Positions 25,326-37,671 of a stretch of DNA of 64,000 nt are shown one piece after another. The DNA is from Octopus bimaculoides (Eukaryota): contig NC_068988.1 of assembly GCF_001194135.2 (NCBI RefSeq), positions 44,088,260 through 44,152,259 on the forward strand. The letters run 5' to 3'. Position 1 is the stretch's first letter, and each line of letters begins with the position of its first letter. A model generated the notes under the pieces. The model was not told the DNA's origin. It did not search any database and saw only the letters and a list, made by a program, of their open reading frames with translations. A program made the translations under genes and the position numbers.

Positions 25326-27190
25326 GTAAGAAGAAGAAGAAAAATATAATTTTTCCAACCATCCATGTTAGAAAATAGTAATTATAATAATAGCAGGTCG
25401 ATAGCATCAAGTTTTCAATAAAATATGCTTCAATATATATATACATAAGTGTGTATGTTGTATCATGCTTTTTACATGCAAACAAAGCTAAAAGGTTAAT
25501 CCATGCCCAATAATAAATTTCAAAACAAATAATGACTTCAGTGTTGCAGCCATTTTTTTTTCTTGAAACCTTTATCAATTGATTGGTTGTATATGATATT
25601 GTTTCATATTTGTTATATTACAAACACAGGAGAAGGGAACAGAAAATAGAAAAAGTGCTTTTTGTTATGTCGAAGACTAGCTATATAATACAATATTGGA
25701 AATATTGGTTTTGTTTATTCCAGTAGGCATTTTTATATAATAATATACATGATATCTCTGTGTTTGTAATTGCTCAAGAATAAACTTTCGGCATAATAGA
25801 GAAATAATTAGAAAGAGAATGAATGAGTATGTGTGTGTGTGAAGTTATAAAAAGAAATAATCTTGCAAGTATGTTTTATATCAGCGACCTACAACATGAT
25901 CCAAGTCAACCACCAACTGTCCATAGCAAAGTTTTGGTGGTTCACATAGTTTTATATCCTACTGTATTGCATAATGCAATTAAAAATAAAATTTATTTCA
26001 AGAATTTGGCAATCCTTAAAGTTTTTTTCTCATGAATTTTGGGAATCTCCTTCTGAAAAAAGTCATGTATCACTATTTTATACTAAAAACTACATGATTT
26101 TTCTCTTGTTTCTAAATATTGACCCATGGCCACAGTTTTGAAGGAAGAGAATGTAATTGATTTAATTGCCCTCCAACAATTTAACTGCAATGAGATTATA
26201 ATTAAGCACATAAAGAGATGTAAATATAAACTGCAGGGCATTTTGTTTGGTATGCTATCAATTCTACCAAGCCATATAAAGACACACACACACACACAAA
26301 GACTTCCACATAGTTTCTGTCTCCAAAATTTCACTCAAGTCATTGATCAATCAGAAGCTATGGTAGACGACAATCACCCAAAATGCCATAGAATATCAAT
26401 TGAATTCAAACTGACATAGTTGTAATGTGAATGTATTAATAGTTATACTGTATTCGAGGAAGTATCTTCCTTTTTTAGATTCTTACACTGAAATATGTTT
26501 ATCTTGTGTTTGTAAAGCATCACCAGCATTGCATCATGTATACTGGTTTTAGAATATTCTCCTTAGCCCTTAGCAAAGGAGTGCATTTTGAAACAGGAGT
26601 TGACACTGATAGAAACATTACATTTAACTATGTATACATAGTGTAGCAAATAGGTTAAAGGAAAATGACCACATAATTCTGAATGAATGTACGTAACCAG
26701 AAAGAAATTTCCCATATAATTATATATATGAGATATGTTTGCGTGTGTGTGTGTGTGTGTGCGCACAAAATGAGAGAAGGAGATGAAGTGTACATGTTTT
26801 GTGTTATGCTTCAGGAGGAACTATCTTTAGAAATCTCCCACCAGTCTAACTTGATTAGCCTTAATGTGTAAGTACGAAACCTTTTGATAAAACCAGGAAG
26901 TATTTGAGAGGATTTCGAAATACCACAACAAGATTCACTTGGTGTGCAGATGTACAGCAAATGCCTCAAGTTGAAACAGGGTGTTAAGAGTCATGCTTGA
27001 AGACTGACAGAATAACCACCCGGCCTGATGTCACCCATGAAAATACAAATCTGATTAATCACAAACATCATCAGTCTATACACAAAGACAATACAAAATC
27101 TATCAACAATAAACTACACAGAATCACCACAGCAGAGTTGCTAGTCTTGTTTGTATTGCAGTCATTAAGTCATTGTTTATAATCATAATA

Positions 27191-27402
27191 ATCTTCTCTA
27201 CTCTAGGTACAAGGCCTGGAATTTGAAGGGAGTGGGGTAGTCTATCACGTCAACCCCAGTACCTAACTGGTACTCAATTTATCAACCCCGAAAGGATGAA
27301 AGGCAAAGTTAACCTCAGTGGGATTTGAACTCTGAACACGGAGACAAGAAATGCCACTAAGCATTTGGTCCATCATGCTAATGGTCCTGCCAGCTTGCCA
27401 CC

Positions 27403-27404
<2 letters not shown>
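27191..27404 (-). mobile_element. tRNA-derived SINE, family 1
   Basis: Same layout as 5761-5982; adjacent (AAT)n at 27404-27482. Confidence 0.8.
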
Positions 27405-27460
<56 letters not shown>

Positions 27461-27904
27461 TAATAATAATAATAATAATAATCTGTACTGCTAATAATAA
27501 TTTCTAAGATAGGTGCTAAGCCATCAATTTAGAGGAGAGATTTGTGAATAAAATCAATGTAGTTCTTGGGTGATAATTTATTTTATTGATTACAAAACAA
27601 AAGGATGAAAAATAAAGTAAACTTTAACATGATTTGCATTTTTGAGTCCTTTTGATACTGACCCACTTGAAACTGCTCCTGGTTCTACGATTCAAATTCC
27701 TAGTTTTAAAATGATCTTAAAAACTTCCATCAGAATTTCATATTACTTTATGTTCAAACTCCAGCTTAATAACGACAAAGTCATTTTCATATAAACTCTG
27801 TTAGTTTCAAAATTAATTGAAACAACAAACGCTGTGGTATTTCAACAGAAATATTGTAACAAAAAAAAAAGTGAAATGTATGTAGCTAAATAATTAATGG
27901 CTTA

Positions 27905-28115
27905 AAATTTTGGCACAAGGCCAGCAACTTCAGGCAGGAATCAATTACACTGATTCCAGTAGTCAACTGGTACTTATTTTATTGACCCCCCACCCCCACA
28001 AAAGGATGAAAGGTAAAGTTGACCTTGGTGGAATTTGAACTCAGTATGTAAAGACAGACCAAATGCTGTTAAGCATTTTGCCTGGCATGGTAATGATTCT
28101 GGCAGCTCACCACCT
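27905..28115 (-). mobile_element. tRNA-derived SINE, family 1
   Basis: Same layout as 5761-5982. Confidence 0.8.
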
Positions 28116-28145
28116 TTATATAACAAAATATTACGTGTTTTGGGT

Positions 28146-28461
28146 GAAGGCACATGGCTCAGTTGTTAGAGCAACAGGCTCACAATCATGAGGTAGTGAG
28201 TTCAATTCCCAGACCGGGTTGTGTATTGTGTTCCTGAGAAAGACACTTTACTTTACGTTGCTCTAGTTCATTCATCTGTAGAAATGAGGTACGATGTCGC
28301 TGATGCCAAGCTGTATTGGCCTTTGCCTTTCCCATTGGTGGTGTGGAGAGGGGAGGTTGGTATGCTGGTCTTCCATAAACAACCTTGCCTGGACTTGTAC
28401 CTCGGAGGGGAAACTTTCTAGGTGCAATCCTATGGTCATTCATGACCGAAGGAGGTCTTTA
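28146..28461 (+). mobile_element. tRNA-derived CORE-like SINE, family 3
   Basis: tggctcagttgttagagc, gagttcaattcc, core; 3' end ggtcattcatgaccgaagg shared with the antisense copy at 56444-56778. Confidence 0.75.
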
Positions 28462-29581
28462 TTTAGGAGTGGGGTGGGGTGGAAGTGACAAAAACATTAC
28501 AGTAACTTAATGACATTAATACATGGACAGCAACAACATTAAGAAACAAGAAAGACACAAACTATAAAGTCACAAAATACACATAACACCCATCCACCCA
28601 CCCACACCCCAAATTATTTAGTAAAAAATAGTTTATAAAAACGGAGACAACGATGATGATGATGATGATTACGATGATAATTACAATGGTTTCTTACACA
28701 GCAAGGCCACAAATTTTGAGGGAGGGGTACAGGTGATTTAATCAACATTAATATTTTGATTAGTATTTCTTTTATTAACAAAGGGAAAGATGGAAATAAA
28801 TTAACCTTGACAGGATTTGAACTTAAAATGTAAACTAAACACTGCAAGGCCTATTTTCTCCATCTTTCCCTGGAAGTTCACCATTAATGAATAATAGTTA
28901 ATTATAGTCACAATAATAATAATAAAAGAAAACAAACAAGAAATGAATTATATATATATATAACAAAAACTAAAATAGAAAAAAAGGTTTAATGTTATCA
29001 GTAAAAAAAAAACAAAAAAAAATTCTTTATAAAAATAGATTTTGTTAATTATGAATTCAAATGAATTAAAGCAAACATGCAAAAGAAGTATTTAAAAGAA
29101 AAAGAATGAGCAGCTCTAATGTTAGTGGTGACTTGTCTCTATGTTTATCAAGAAGCCTGTTGAGTCAATTGAAAAATTAGGTTAGTAAAGAAGAGCGATA
29201 CTGAAGATGCTTGACAAACAGAAGACATTGAAACAAAAGAGACAGAGAGAAAGATTGAGGGCAAGGGAGAGAGAGAGAGTAGTAGTAGTAGTAGTAGTAG
29301 TAGTATACAGATGAAAAAAAAAAAACATCGAAACAAATAATAAGTAAACGAGACAGAATTTCTTAGAATAAAAGCAGAACAAACAACTGAGAAAGCATTA
29401 GCATCACTGTCATGGTAGTTGACAAAGATGGTGACAAAGAAATTAAATATACAAATAAATAAAAAAAAGACACTACAGTTTGGAATAGCTTTGCACATAG
29501 AACAGGCTTGCAATGTCAAGAAAAATGAAATATTTATGCAAATTATTTTCAAGCATGCACTTCCATACATGCACATATATG

Positions 29582-29620
<39 letters not shown>

Positions 29621-29623
<3 letters not shown>

Positions 29624-29784
29624 TATTTAAAATTATAATACAGGGTATCTAAGAGATACCGCCACACTGAAAAATAGCAGTCAAATCTTGACTCTAAAAC
29701 CACAATAAATGTCCACATGGCATAAGGAGTGAAGACGAAGATAGGGTATCTCTTAGATACCCTGTATTATAATTTTAAATAATT
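29621..29784. repeat. Perfect 40-bp inverted repeat with an 84-nt spacer
   Basis: 29621-29660 is the exact reverse complement of 29745-29784. Confidence 0.9.
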
Positions 29785-30079
29785 ATTACCTTTGATGGTT
29801 TTTATTCCCATGCTGGCCACTTGATAAGATCAATATTTTAAATATCGATCTTATTCTTATTTATATATAGATATATATATACACACTTTCATATGCTTTT
29901 GTATAATTGGCAACTAGTACATAAAATAAGCAAAATTTAGCAGACAAGTAACTTAGTCTTATATATATGAGCTATGTTGAAATTGTCTTAAAATCCACAT
30001 GATAAATGTAATGAAAACTTATTAAAAAAAAAAAAGATAGATACTTGAATGACCATGGTTCAAAACCAAGTTTTAGCCA

Positions 30080-30122
<43 letters not shown>

Positions 30123-30267
30123 AATTAAACAATGGATTATGATGTTGATTTCAAAAGAAAATGCATAATAAACAATAAATAATATTATCACGAATAAAAA
30201 ATATATATGATGTATATCTTTATATCCTACTTAACATGGATTTACTGTTAGAATGCCGTATTACTAG

Positions 30268-30361
30268 GTATTTGCCTTGAGAGATCCTCTCATATAAACA
30301 TGTAGTTCTAAAAAGTACAAGCACTATACATTTATATAGGAAGATCTCTCAAGGCAAATAC
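30268..30361. repeat. 31-bp imperfect inverted repeat with a 32-nt loop
   Basis: GTATTTGCCTTGAGAGATC / GATCTCTCAAGGCAAATAC perfect for 19 bp, then extends imperfectly. Confidence 0.8.
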
Positions 30362-30395
30362 TGCAGTATTATTGTGTCTTAACAATACATTCATG

Positions 30396-30623
30396 TTAAC
30401 CCTTTTGATACCAGCCCCGCAGAAACTGCCTCTGGCTCTGTAGTACAAATGTCTTGTTTTCAAAAGTTCTGAATTAGAATCTTCCACCAAACCTTAGTCA
30501 CAATTTATGTTCCTAACACTAACATAATGATAACTAAATCATTTTATTGAATTCTTTGTTATGCTTAAAATTAATTGAAAAAAATAGAGCATCTCAACAG
30601 AAATATGGTAACAAAAGGGTTAA
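30396..30623 (+). mobile_element. piggyBac-type MITE, family B
   Basis: TTAACCCTTTTGATACC...GGTAACAAAAGGGTTAA (16/17 inverted match); diverged copies at about 55860-56123 and 27650-27865. Confidence 0.75.
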
Positions 30624-30724
30624 GTAGAGTATAAAGATTACCATTCAGTATTAATACTGCTTCTATGTATATATAGCTGAAAAACACCATGCTAAAGCAG
30701 ACCACACTAGTGCAGGTACCACAT

Positions 30725-30893
30725 AAGAGGCACCCAGTCTGCTCTGTAAAGTAGTGGGCATTAGGAAGGGCATCCAGAAATAAAAAAAACCAAAACACAC
30801 AGTGGAACCTGGTGCAGTACTCTGGCTTACCAGCTTCAGTCATACCATCCAACTCAAGCCAGCATAGAAGAAGGCTGTTAAATGATGATGATA
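30725..30893 (+). mobile_element. Older RTE 3' tail copy
   Basis: ttaggaagggcatccag...ccatccaactcaagccagcatagaa...aatgatgatgat. Confidence 0.6.
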
Positions 30894-31023
30894 CATGTGT
30901 GCTTGTTTTTACATAGAGTTACAGCAAAAACAATTGCACATTAGACTGAAGGATTACTCAATACTTTTTGTAGAGTACAAATTTATAAATATTACTTAAC
31001 AAGAATAATATTGATAGTGACTT

Positions 31024-31088
31024 TGAAGTTTCAGCCAGCTAAGCCATCATTGGCCTGTCCAATGATGGCTTAACTGGTTGAAATTTCA
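31024..31088. repeat. 30-bp hairpin with a 5-nt loop
   Basis: 27/30 complementary arms. Confidence 0.85.
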
Positions 31089-33463
31089 TTAATAATATAT
31101 ATATATATATACATGTAGTTTAATTTTAATGTCAGTCAGTGTTAAAGAATTAGGAAATATAACATATCCATTCTAAATTATGTGCAAGTGTGTAACTATA
31201 TCACACACACACACACAACCACACAAATATCATGTGAGCAATTGACAAGCACTTGTTACTGAAAAAGCTAGCAGTTTTACATCATTGAAGTTTAGAAGAG
31301 AACCTATTTGTATGATACTGTGTTACAGAAGAACTTTCTGGCAATGTCATTCATGTGATGCAAAACTGATGTTAGCAAGATTACAGAGAGTGAAATTAGG
31401 GGTCATTAGTAGTAAAGGTCCTTAAATTGTAAGAAGATTAAGCAGAACCCTCAGACAGGAATAAAACTCTGAGTGAAACACCTAATCAAGAACTGGTGAG
31501 ACCTCCTGTAGTTGATGATGTCCAGCTAGTGGCAATGTATATGAATGCACGTGGGGGGGGGGGGTTTCCTGTTGGTTGAGCTGCAAACACAAAGCAATTA
31601 CCACATGCAGCCCTTTATCAAAACCTGGATCAGTAACTAATGGCAAAACAGGCCAGGATAATTAGGAGACTCTCATCCAAAATGAATCTCATATGTATTC
31701 CTACACACACACACGAGAGAGAAAGAGAGAGGTTATGACTGTCTGTGTCTATGGTCTGCACAGAAATGATAACAATAGTGGATATGGAGTAATGAGCAGG
31801 TAGTTCAATACTTTATCCAGTAAGTGATTGTGCCCTACAAGTATAGATGAGATACTGATCATACAATTATTTCTTCAAACATAAGGAGTAACTGTAGCAA
31901 ACCTTTAAATATATCTGAATATATTATACGAGTTGCTGAGTCATCACAAATGATTTTTATCTTCTTTCTTTTTTTTTAATGAAAGACTAAGAAAGGCATT
32001 TAGAGTTATCAGAAGAGGACAATTTTTTGATAGAACCTCCAAGACTAGTGTAGAGAAAATTAAGAAAAGATAGAATGCAGACTAGAGAACTGGCCCTAAT
32101 ATTTGAAACAAAGGGGATTTCACTAAGGCACTCACTGAAAGGTGGTTGTGGTAGTGTTAAATCAGGAGAAAGATTAAATATTTGGCCCAAGAACAGGTGC
32201 AATTTAGTTGCTGAAATACCATGTGGTTTCTATCAACTCAATGTTACTCATGAAGTCTGAAATGATCCAAGATATGGTCGGAGACACCTTCCTAAGGTGT
32301 CACAGAATGGGACAGAACATAGAATCACCAAATTATGAGGTAAACTTCTTAAGGTGTTGCACACTGGGATCAAACCTGGAACCAAGCATATAACTGCAAA
32401 GGAAACCTCTTAAGCATATGGAAGTGATTCAGAAGTGATATGACTCAAATAGGATATGGAACCTTTATCACAGGATCTGCTTACATAATGCACACAAATA
32501 TGAGTACACATACACACCAATGAAACCACAGCAATAAATCAGGTTGTAAATAAATGCTTTACTAAAACTACAATATGTCCATCATGCTTTCTTTCTCTCT
32601 CTCTCTCTCTCATACACACACACACACACACAGAGTCCATCATAACTACAAGGAGGGATGAAAAAAGAAAGACTGGCTTGGGTTAGTAACATAGAGGGGA
32701 ACAATGGGAAAGACTACAAAGTTGGCAATTGACTAGAAAACTACAAAACATTATCAATACACTAAAGAAACAACTAACAAGAGACAGACTAACTAACAAC
32801 ATTATTCTATAGTAAGTACCAACTCTATATTATCAACATACACTAATTAGTTCTAGCTGCTTTCATATATATATTTTGTTCTTGCTCACTTTGCCTTCCA
32901 AATCCATATCTAAACCAAACCAACAAAATATGATAACCACAGAACTTGCAGACAATTTGGGTTTATACTTTGGAACTTATGATTACAATGGAACTTATAG
33001 ATGATCAATGCTTGCATTTTTGAATAATACTTTGAGACAATATTTGTAAGATCAAAATACAAGATTATTTTGTATTTTGACAATGAAACCATAAAAAAAC
33101 AAAAAAAAAACGCACTATAATGTAATCAGTAAGCTATTACCCATCACCAAAGACAAAAAATATGGCAAAAAAAAAAAAACTGATTCGGTTTAAATAGCAG
33201 AATGGCTTTTAAATATAATGTTATATTTTGTACATTTTTAGTATACCTGTCTGCTTTATATTGATTGCAAACATAATAAATATTTAAATTAGATACGACT
33301 TAATGATAGCATAATCATTTATCAATTTAACAATGAAAGCAGGCAGAATTAAAAAAAAAAAAGCTAATAGTCATAATAATAATAATTTCTTTTATTAAAA
33401 AATAAATAATAATATATTGATCTAGCATAATCTTAGCAGCAGACATTTGTACTTAATGCTTAC

Positions 33464-33475
33464 CTCATTGGGAGT
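33464..33475 (-). CDS. DOCK7: Candidate 12-nt microexon (TPNE)
   Basis: Long pyrimidine tract ending ttccatctttgcag|ACTCCCAATGAG|gtaagc; phase 0->0. Confidence 0.5.
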
Positions 33476-34215
33476 CTGCAAAGATGGAATTTTGAAGAAC
33501 AATGAGAATAGATAAGACTGACACATCTAAATTATGTTATGCAGATACTTGTGTGTGTGCGTGTGTATGTGCATGCATGTGTGTGTGTGTTTCGGTCTTT
33601 TTGGTGACTGATTCTGCAAACAGACTCTCACTAAAATGATTTAATACAATATTAAATTTTAAATAGTGTTCTACTAATTTCTTTCTTTTTCTTTAGATAC
33701 ATACATACCACTGACATATATGCATGCTGTTTTAGTGGAGTAGAAAGGGGCAAGTGGAATAGGGTGCTTTGGCAAACAGTGTGGCATATATGTGTTACCT
33801 GAGGGTCAAAATATATCTATATCCACTTCAAAATATATCTATAAACCCTATTTTGGGGGGATTGAGTATTTTTTATTGTGTTTGTAAACACAAAATGTTT
33901 TTATGTGTGTGCATGTGTAAGGGAGATTTTGCTGCTACTTCTACCAAGTTGAATGACCACACAGAGGTTTTCTAATTGATTGTGATATATCATTTAAATC
34001 AATACTGCATAGTATTAACATGTCTTGCCATAGTTGTTTCACTTTTTGTCTTCTCTAACTAATTCTATCCAGTTAGATATAGCTCTGTTGGAGTCCTGCT
34101 TTATTTAATCCATTTCTAAATGAAGATATTACTTTTAAACAATATTATAACTCTATAATATTTAAATTACGATAAAGGTAAGCAAAATTTTGCTTTTAGA
34201 AGCACTTAGATATAT

Positions 34216-34634
34216 TGAAAGGTACAGATAAGGAAATAATTTATTCTCAAATGCAGCATAATGCTGATAGAATAGCAAGAACAGGATAAAATATCCATAT
34301 TTGGTGGAAAAATTTTGTCAGCAGCCAGCCATGACACTCAAACTCACATCCCTGAGTACCAGTCAAGTGCTTTACCATTAAGCTAAATGGCCCACTGACA
34401 AATTAATCTGCAATTTTTGAACTTATAAATCTAGCTCTATAAGACACTGTATGTTAAATTCAAATTATGATAAATGCAAACAAAGTTTGCTTTTAGAAGT
34501 GCTGAGATGTATTGAAAGATACAGATAAAGAAATGATTTATTCTCAAATGTAGAATAATGCTGATAGAACAGTAGGGACAGGATAAAATATCCATATTTT
34601 GCAGAAAAAATTGTCCGTGATTAGTGGTCAAGTG

Positions 34635-34665
<31 letters not shown>

Positions 34666-35059
34666 CTACAAAATATGAATATTTTATACTGTTCCTGCTG
34701 TTCTGTCAGCATTATTCTATGTCCAAGAATAAATCATTTCTTTATCTGTATCTTTCAATACATCTCAGTGCTTCTAAAAGCAAACTTTGCTTGTTTACAT
34801 TTATCATAATTTGAATTTAACATACAGCATCTTATAAAACTAGATTTATAATTTTAAAAATTGCAGATTAATTTGTCAGTGGGCAGTTCAGCTTAGTGGT
34901 AAAACACTTGACCAGTAATCACAGGGATATGAGTTCGAATCTCATGGTAGGCCGCTGACAAATCTTCCTGCAAAATATGGATATTTTATCCTGTTCCTGC
35001 TGTTCTATCAGCATTATTCTATGTTCGAGAATAGATTATTTCCTTATCTGTATCTTTCA
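34216..35059. repeat. ~840-bp imperfect palindrome (arms 34216-34604 and 34666-35059) around a spacer with a T30 run
   Basis: Arms read as reverse complements (roughly 85-90% by eye); built from a ~297-bp tandem unit. Confidence 0.85.
34880..34953 (+). pseudogene. tRNA-like (Thr-like) degenerate sequence inside the palindrome arm
   Basis: A-box AGCTTAGTGGTAAAAC, loop CC-AGT-AA, B-box GAGTTCGAATCTC; mirror copy at 34322-34394 (-) has stem CTTGA/TCAGG with loop CT-GGT-AC. Confidence 0.45.
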
Positions 35060-35554
35060 CTATAATATTTCTAAAGGTGAGGAGAGGAAAGGACAACAAT
35101 TTCAGGATTAGTGTTTGTGTTTTTATAGTGAACTTCAAGAATCTGCATTACATAATGGATTTGTTAAGAATTATTTTACTAAATAAATGTGTATGAAAAT
35201 ATGTAATTCTACAATTTAACTTTCAGGTTTTCATTAAACAGTTTTGAAATGGACCAAAACTTTGGTTCTGAAATGGAATTTTAAAACACTTGATTGTCTT
35301 GGAAATAAAGATGAAAATATGATTATGTTTAAAGATTTATATTTTTCATAACCATGAAATAATGATTCTAAACACATTGCAAATGATCAAAGCTATTCCA
35401 AACAGTAGCATGCAGGGTGTTCCTGTTTCTATCTGAGAAACACAAGAGATCAGATACCATGAGAGAGAGAAAGAGAGAGAGAAAGAAAGAGAGATCAAAA
35501 TGTAGCAGAGGTGATGGTGGACTACATTCAGGTTTTGTAGAGAGAGAGAAAGAG

Positions 35555-35585
<31 letters not shown>

Positions 35586-35602
35586 TTGAGTGAGACACAA
35601 AC

Positions 35603-35641
35603 CTTGAGAGGAGTGGTAGCCTGCTCGAGAATGAAGCTTCC
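35603..35641 (-). CDS. DOCK7: Candidate 39-nt cassette exon (GSFILEQATTPLK)
   Basis: ctaatactttccag|GGA...AAG|gtttgt; phase 0->0, GC-rich island, branch-like ctaat. Confidence 0.4.
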
Positions 35642-35795
35642 CTGGAAAGTATTAGGTCAATGTTTAAATCAGACCGTAATGTATAGTCACAATGGAACAA
35701 CAAGATAACGAGAAGATGGTCTAAGACAAGCAGTGAACCAAATGTTCCAACAATAACCAATCTTTTCTTCCTCAGATATAATTGATTCTGCCTAC

Positions 35796-35828
35796 CTCAT
35801 ACAGAATTTTAACATGCAATGCAGAAAT
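35796..35828 (-). CDS. DOCK7: Candidate 33-nt cassette exon (ISALHVKILYE)
   Basis: ggttttcatag|...GAG|gtaggc; phase 0->0, no stop. Confidence 0.25.
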
Positions 35829-36945
35829 CTATGAAAACCACACACATAGACATACCTAGAGACAGAGGCACACATACATACTCAATAAAAGTTCTTTAAA
35901 CATCTTTAAAACTGAACAGAAAAAATCCTTGCAGGAGTGAATACCATAACCAGTTATCTGAAGCATGAAAGAACATGCTTGTGCGTAACCGGAACAGTGG
36001 TCTGTATGTAACTTTTTACTATCATTCAATGATCAGTATTAACTTGGATGGAAATGTTCCATTTGTCAAAACTTAACATTTGAATATTGTTCTGATGTTA
36101 CAGTAAGAGCTGTTGTTCTTGCTATTGCGTAGTTCCAAGGTGCACTCCATATCTGACGGACATGTCATCAAATAAATTCTAGTTTTGACCATGCTGTCTT
36201 CAGTTAGATAAAAGTATATCTATGACTGCATTATCCAAAGTAGTTTACCTTTTTATTTTTAAGATGGCAAGGCCTGATACCAAATGAGATTTGAATGATA
36301 TCAACTATAAAATCTCTGAATGTAAGTAAATGGACAGCAAAAGAAGTAATGTGTGTGATATCATGATGGTTTCACTGTAGCAGTTGTTGGTTAGCCCCTG
36401 ATCAGCTCGGATCAAGCAAACTTATGATCAAAGCAGTGACCATACTGTCTTTTTCAGCTTTTTTAAACACGTGTAACAAGGACATTACCCAATGTGTCCT
36501 TCCAAAATGCTTAAAGACAGCATGATGTGATTTCAGTGAGATTTAGCTGCTATCTCTAGGTGGTTGGGTCATCACATAGAGACTCTGACATTAGTGTATT
36601 ACAACTATGCTTTTCTTTTTTAAATGCTTCCAACAGGTGATCTTTTTATAGCTGGATGCTGTTTTAATTGCATGGAAAGTGGCAGGTAGAATATCATGCT
36701 TTGTCTATAGGAGGTGACAGTGCAATGGGTGTAGCAAGATTTAAGCAATCACCAGGTAGACAGCAATTTATGAATTTGATTTCAAAAGCATTACAGTTCC
36801 AATTGCATTTAAATAAGCAAATATATAATGATGATAAGGATTGTGATAACATATAAAACATATGAAAGACTTGTGTATATATGTGGAGAATGTGTGCCAT
36901 ATGCAGAAGACATACATATATGTCATCCTCCGTCTCCTTGTTGGT

Positions 36946-37259
36946 GAAGGTGTGTGGCATAGTGGTTGGGGTATTCAGCTCACGATTGTATGGTTGTGAG
37001 TTCAATTCCCGGTGACACGTTATGTCCTTGAGCAAGACACTTTATTTCACATTGCTCCAGTCCACTCAGCTGGGAAAAATGATTAGTACCCGTATTTCAA
37101 AAGGCCAGCTGTGTCACATTCTGTGTCATGCTGAATCTCTCTAAGAACCACATTAAGGGTACATGTGTCTGTCGAGTGCCATATTCATGTTAATTTCACA
37201 AGCAGGCTGTTCCATTCATCGGATCAGCTGGAACCCTCATCGTAACTGATAGGGTGCCA
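36946..37259 (+). mobile_element. tRNA-derived CORE-like SINE, family 2
   Basis: A-box tggcatagtgg, B-box gagttcaattcc, core tgtccttgagcaagacactttatttcac; antisense copy at 62275-62543. Confidence 0.8.
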
Positions 37260-37403
37260 GTTACTTCTTGTCATCATCACTATTTTCTCCATTTCTCCAT
37301 GCTGGGATGCATGAATTGTATAGTTCTATTTCAGTACTGGAACAAGATTTCAGTTCTGGTCATAGTCTTTCAATACGAAAATATGTATACAGGTTATCTT
37401 TTG

Positions 37404-37408
<5 letters not shown>

Positions 37409-37461
<53 letters not shown>
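37409..37461. repeat. (CT)n microsatellite, representative of many (TA)n, (TG)n, (GA)n, (AAT)n and (GAT)n tracts
   Basis: Direct reading; others at about 1030-1180, 5270-5340, 11843-11900, 16228-16268, 25015-25062, 47078-47141. Confidence 0.95.
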
Positions 37462-37484
<23 letters not shown>

Positions 37485-37671
37485 GTTTCATCTAATGTAA
37501 GTCCTATGTGAGCAATTCTTGGAAATGCATGTCACAGACAGATGTATCTAAAAGGAAGATTGTAAAATAGACAAGTTGCAACATTCAGGCTGTTCCTATT
37601 TAACTGAAATCGTCTGAACTAAGAGTATGAAAGCCGGTTTATGGCTTTAAATCATCAAGGACTTTACTTAC

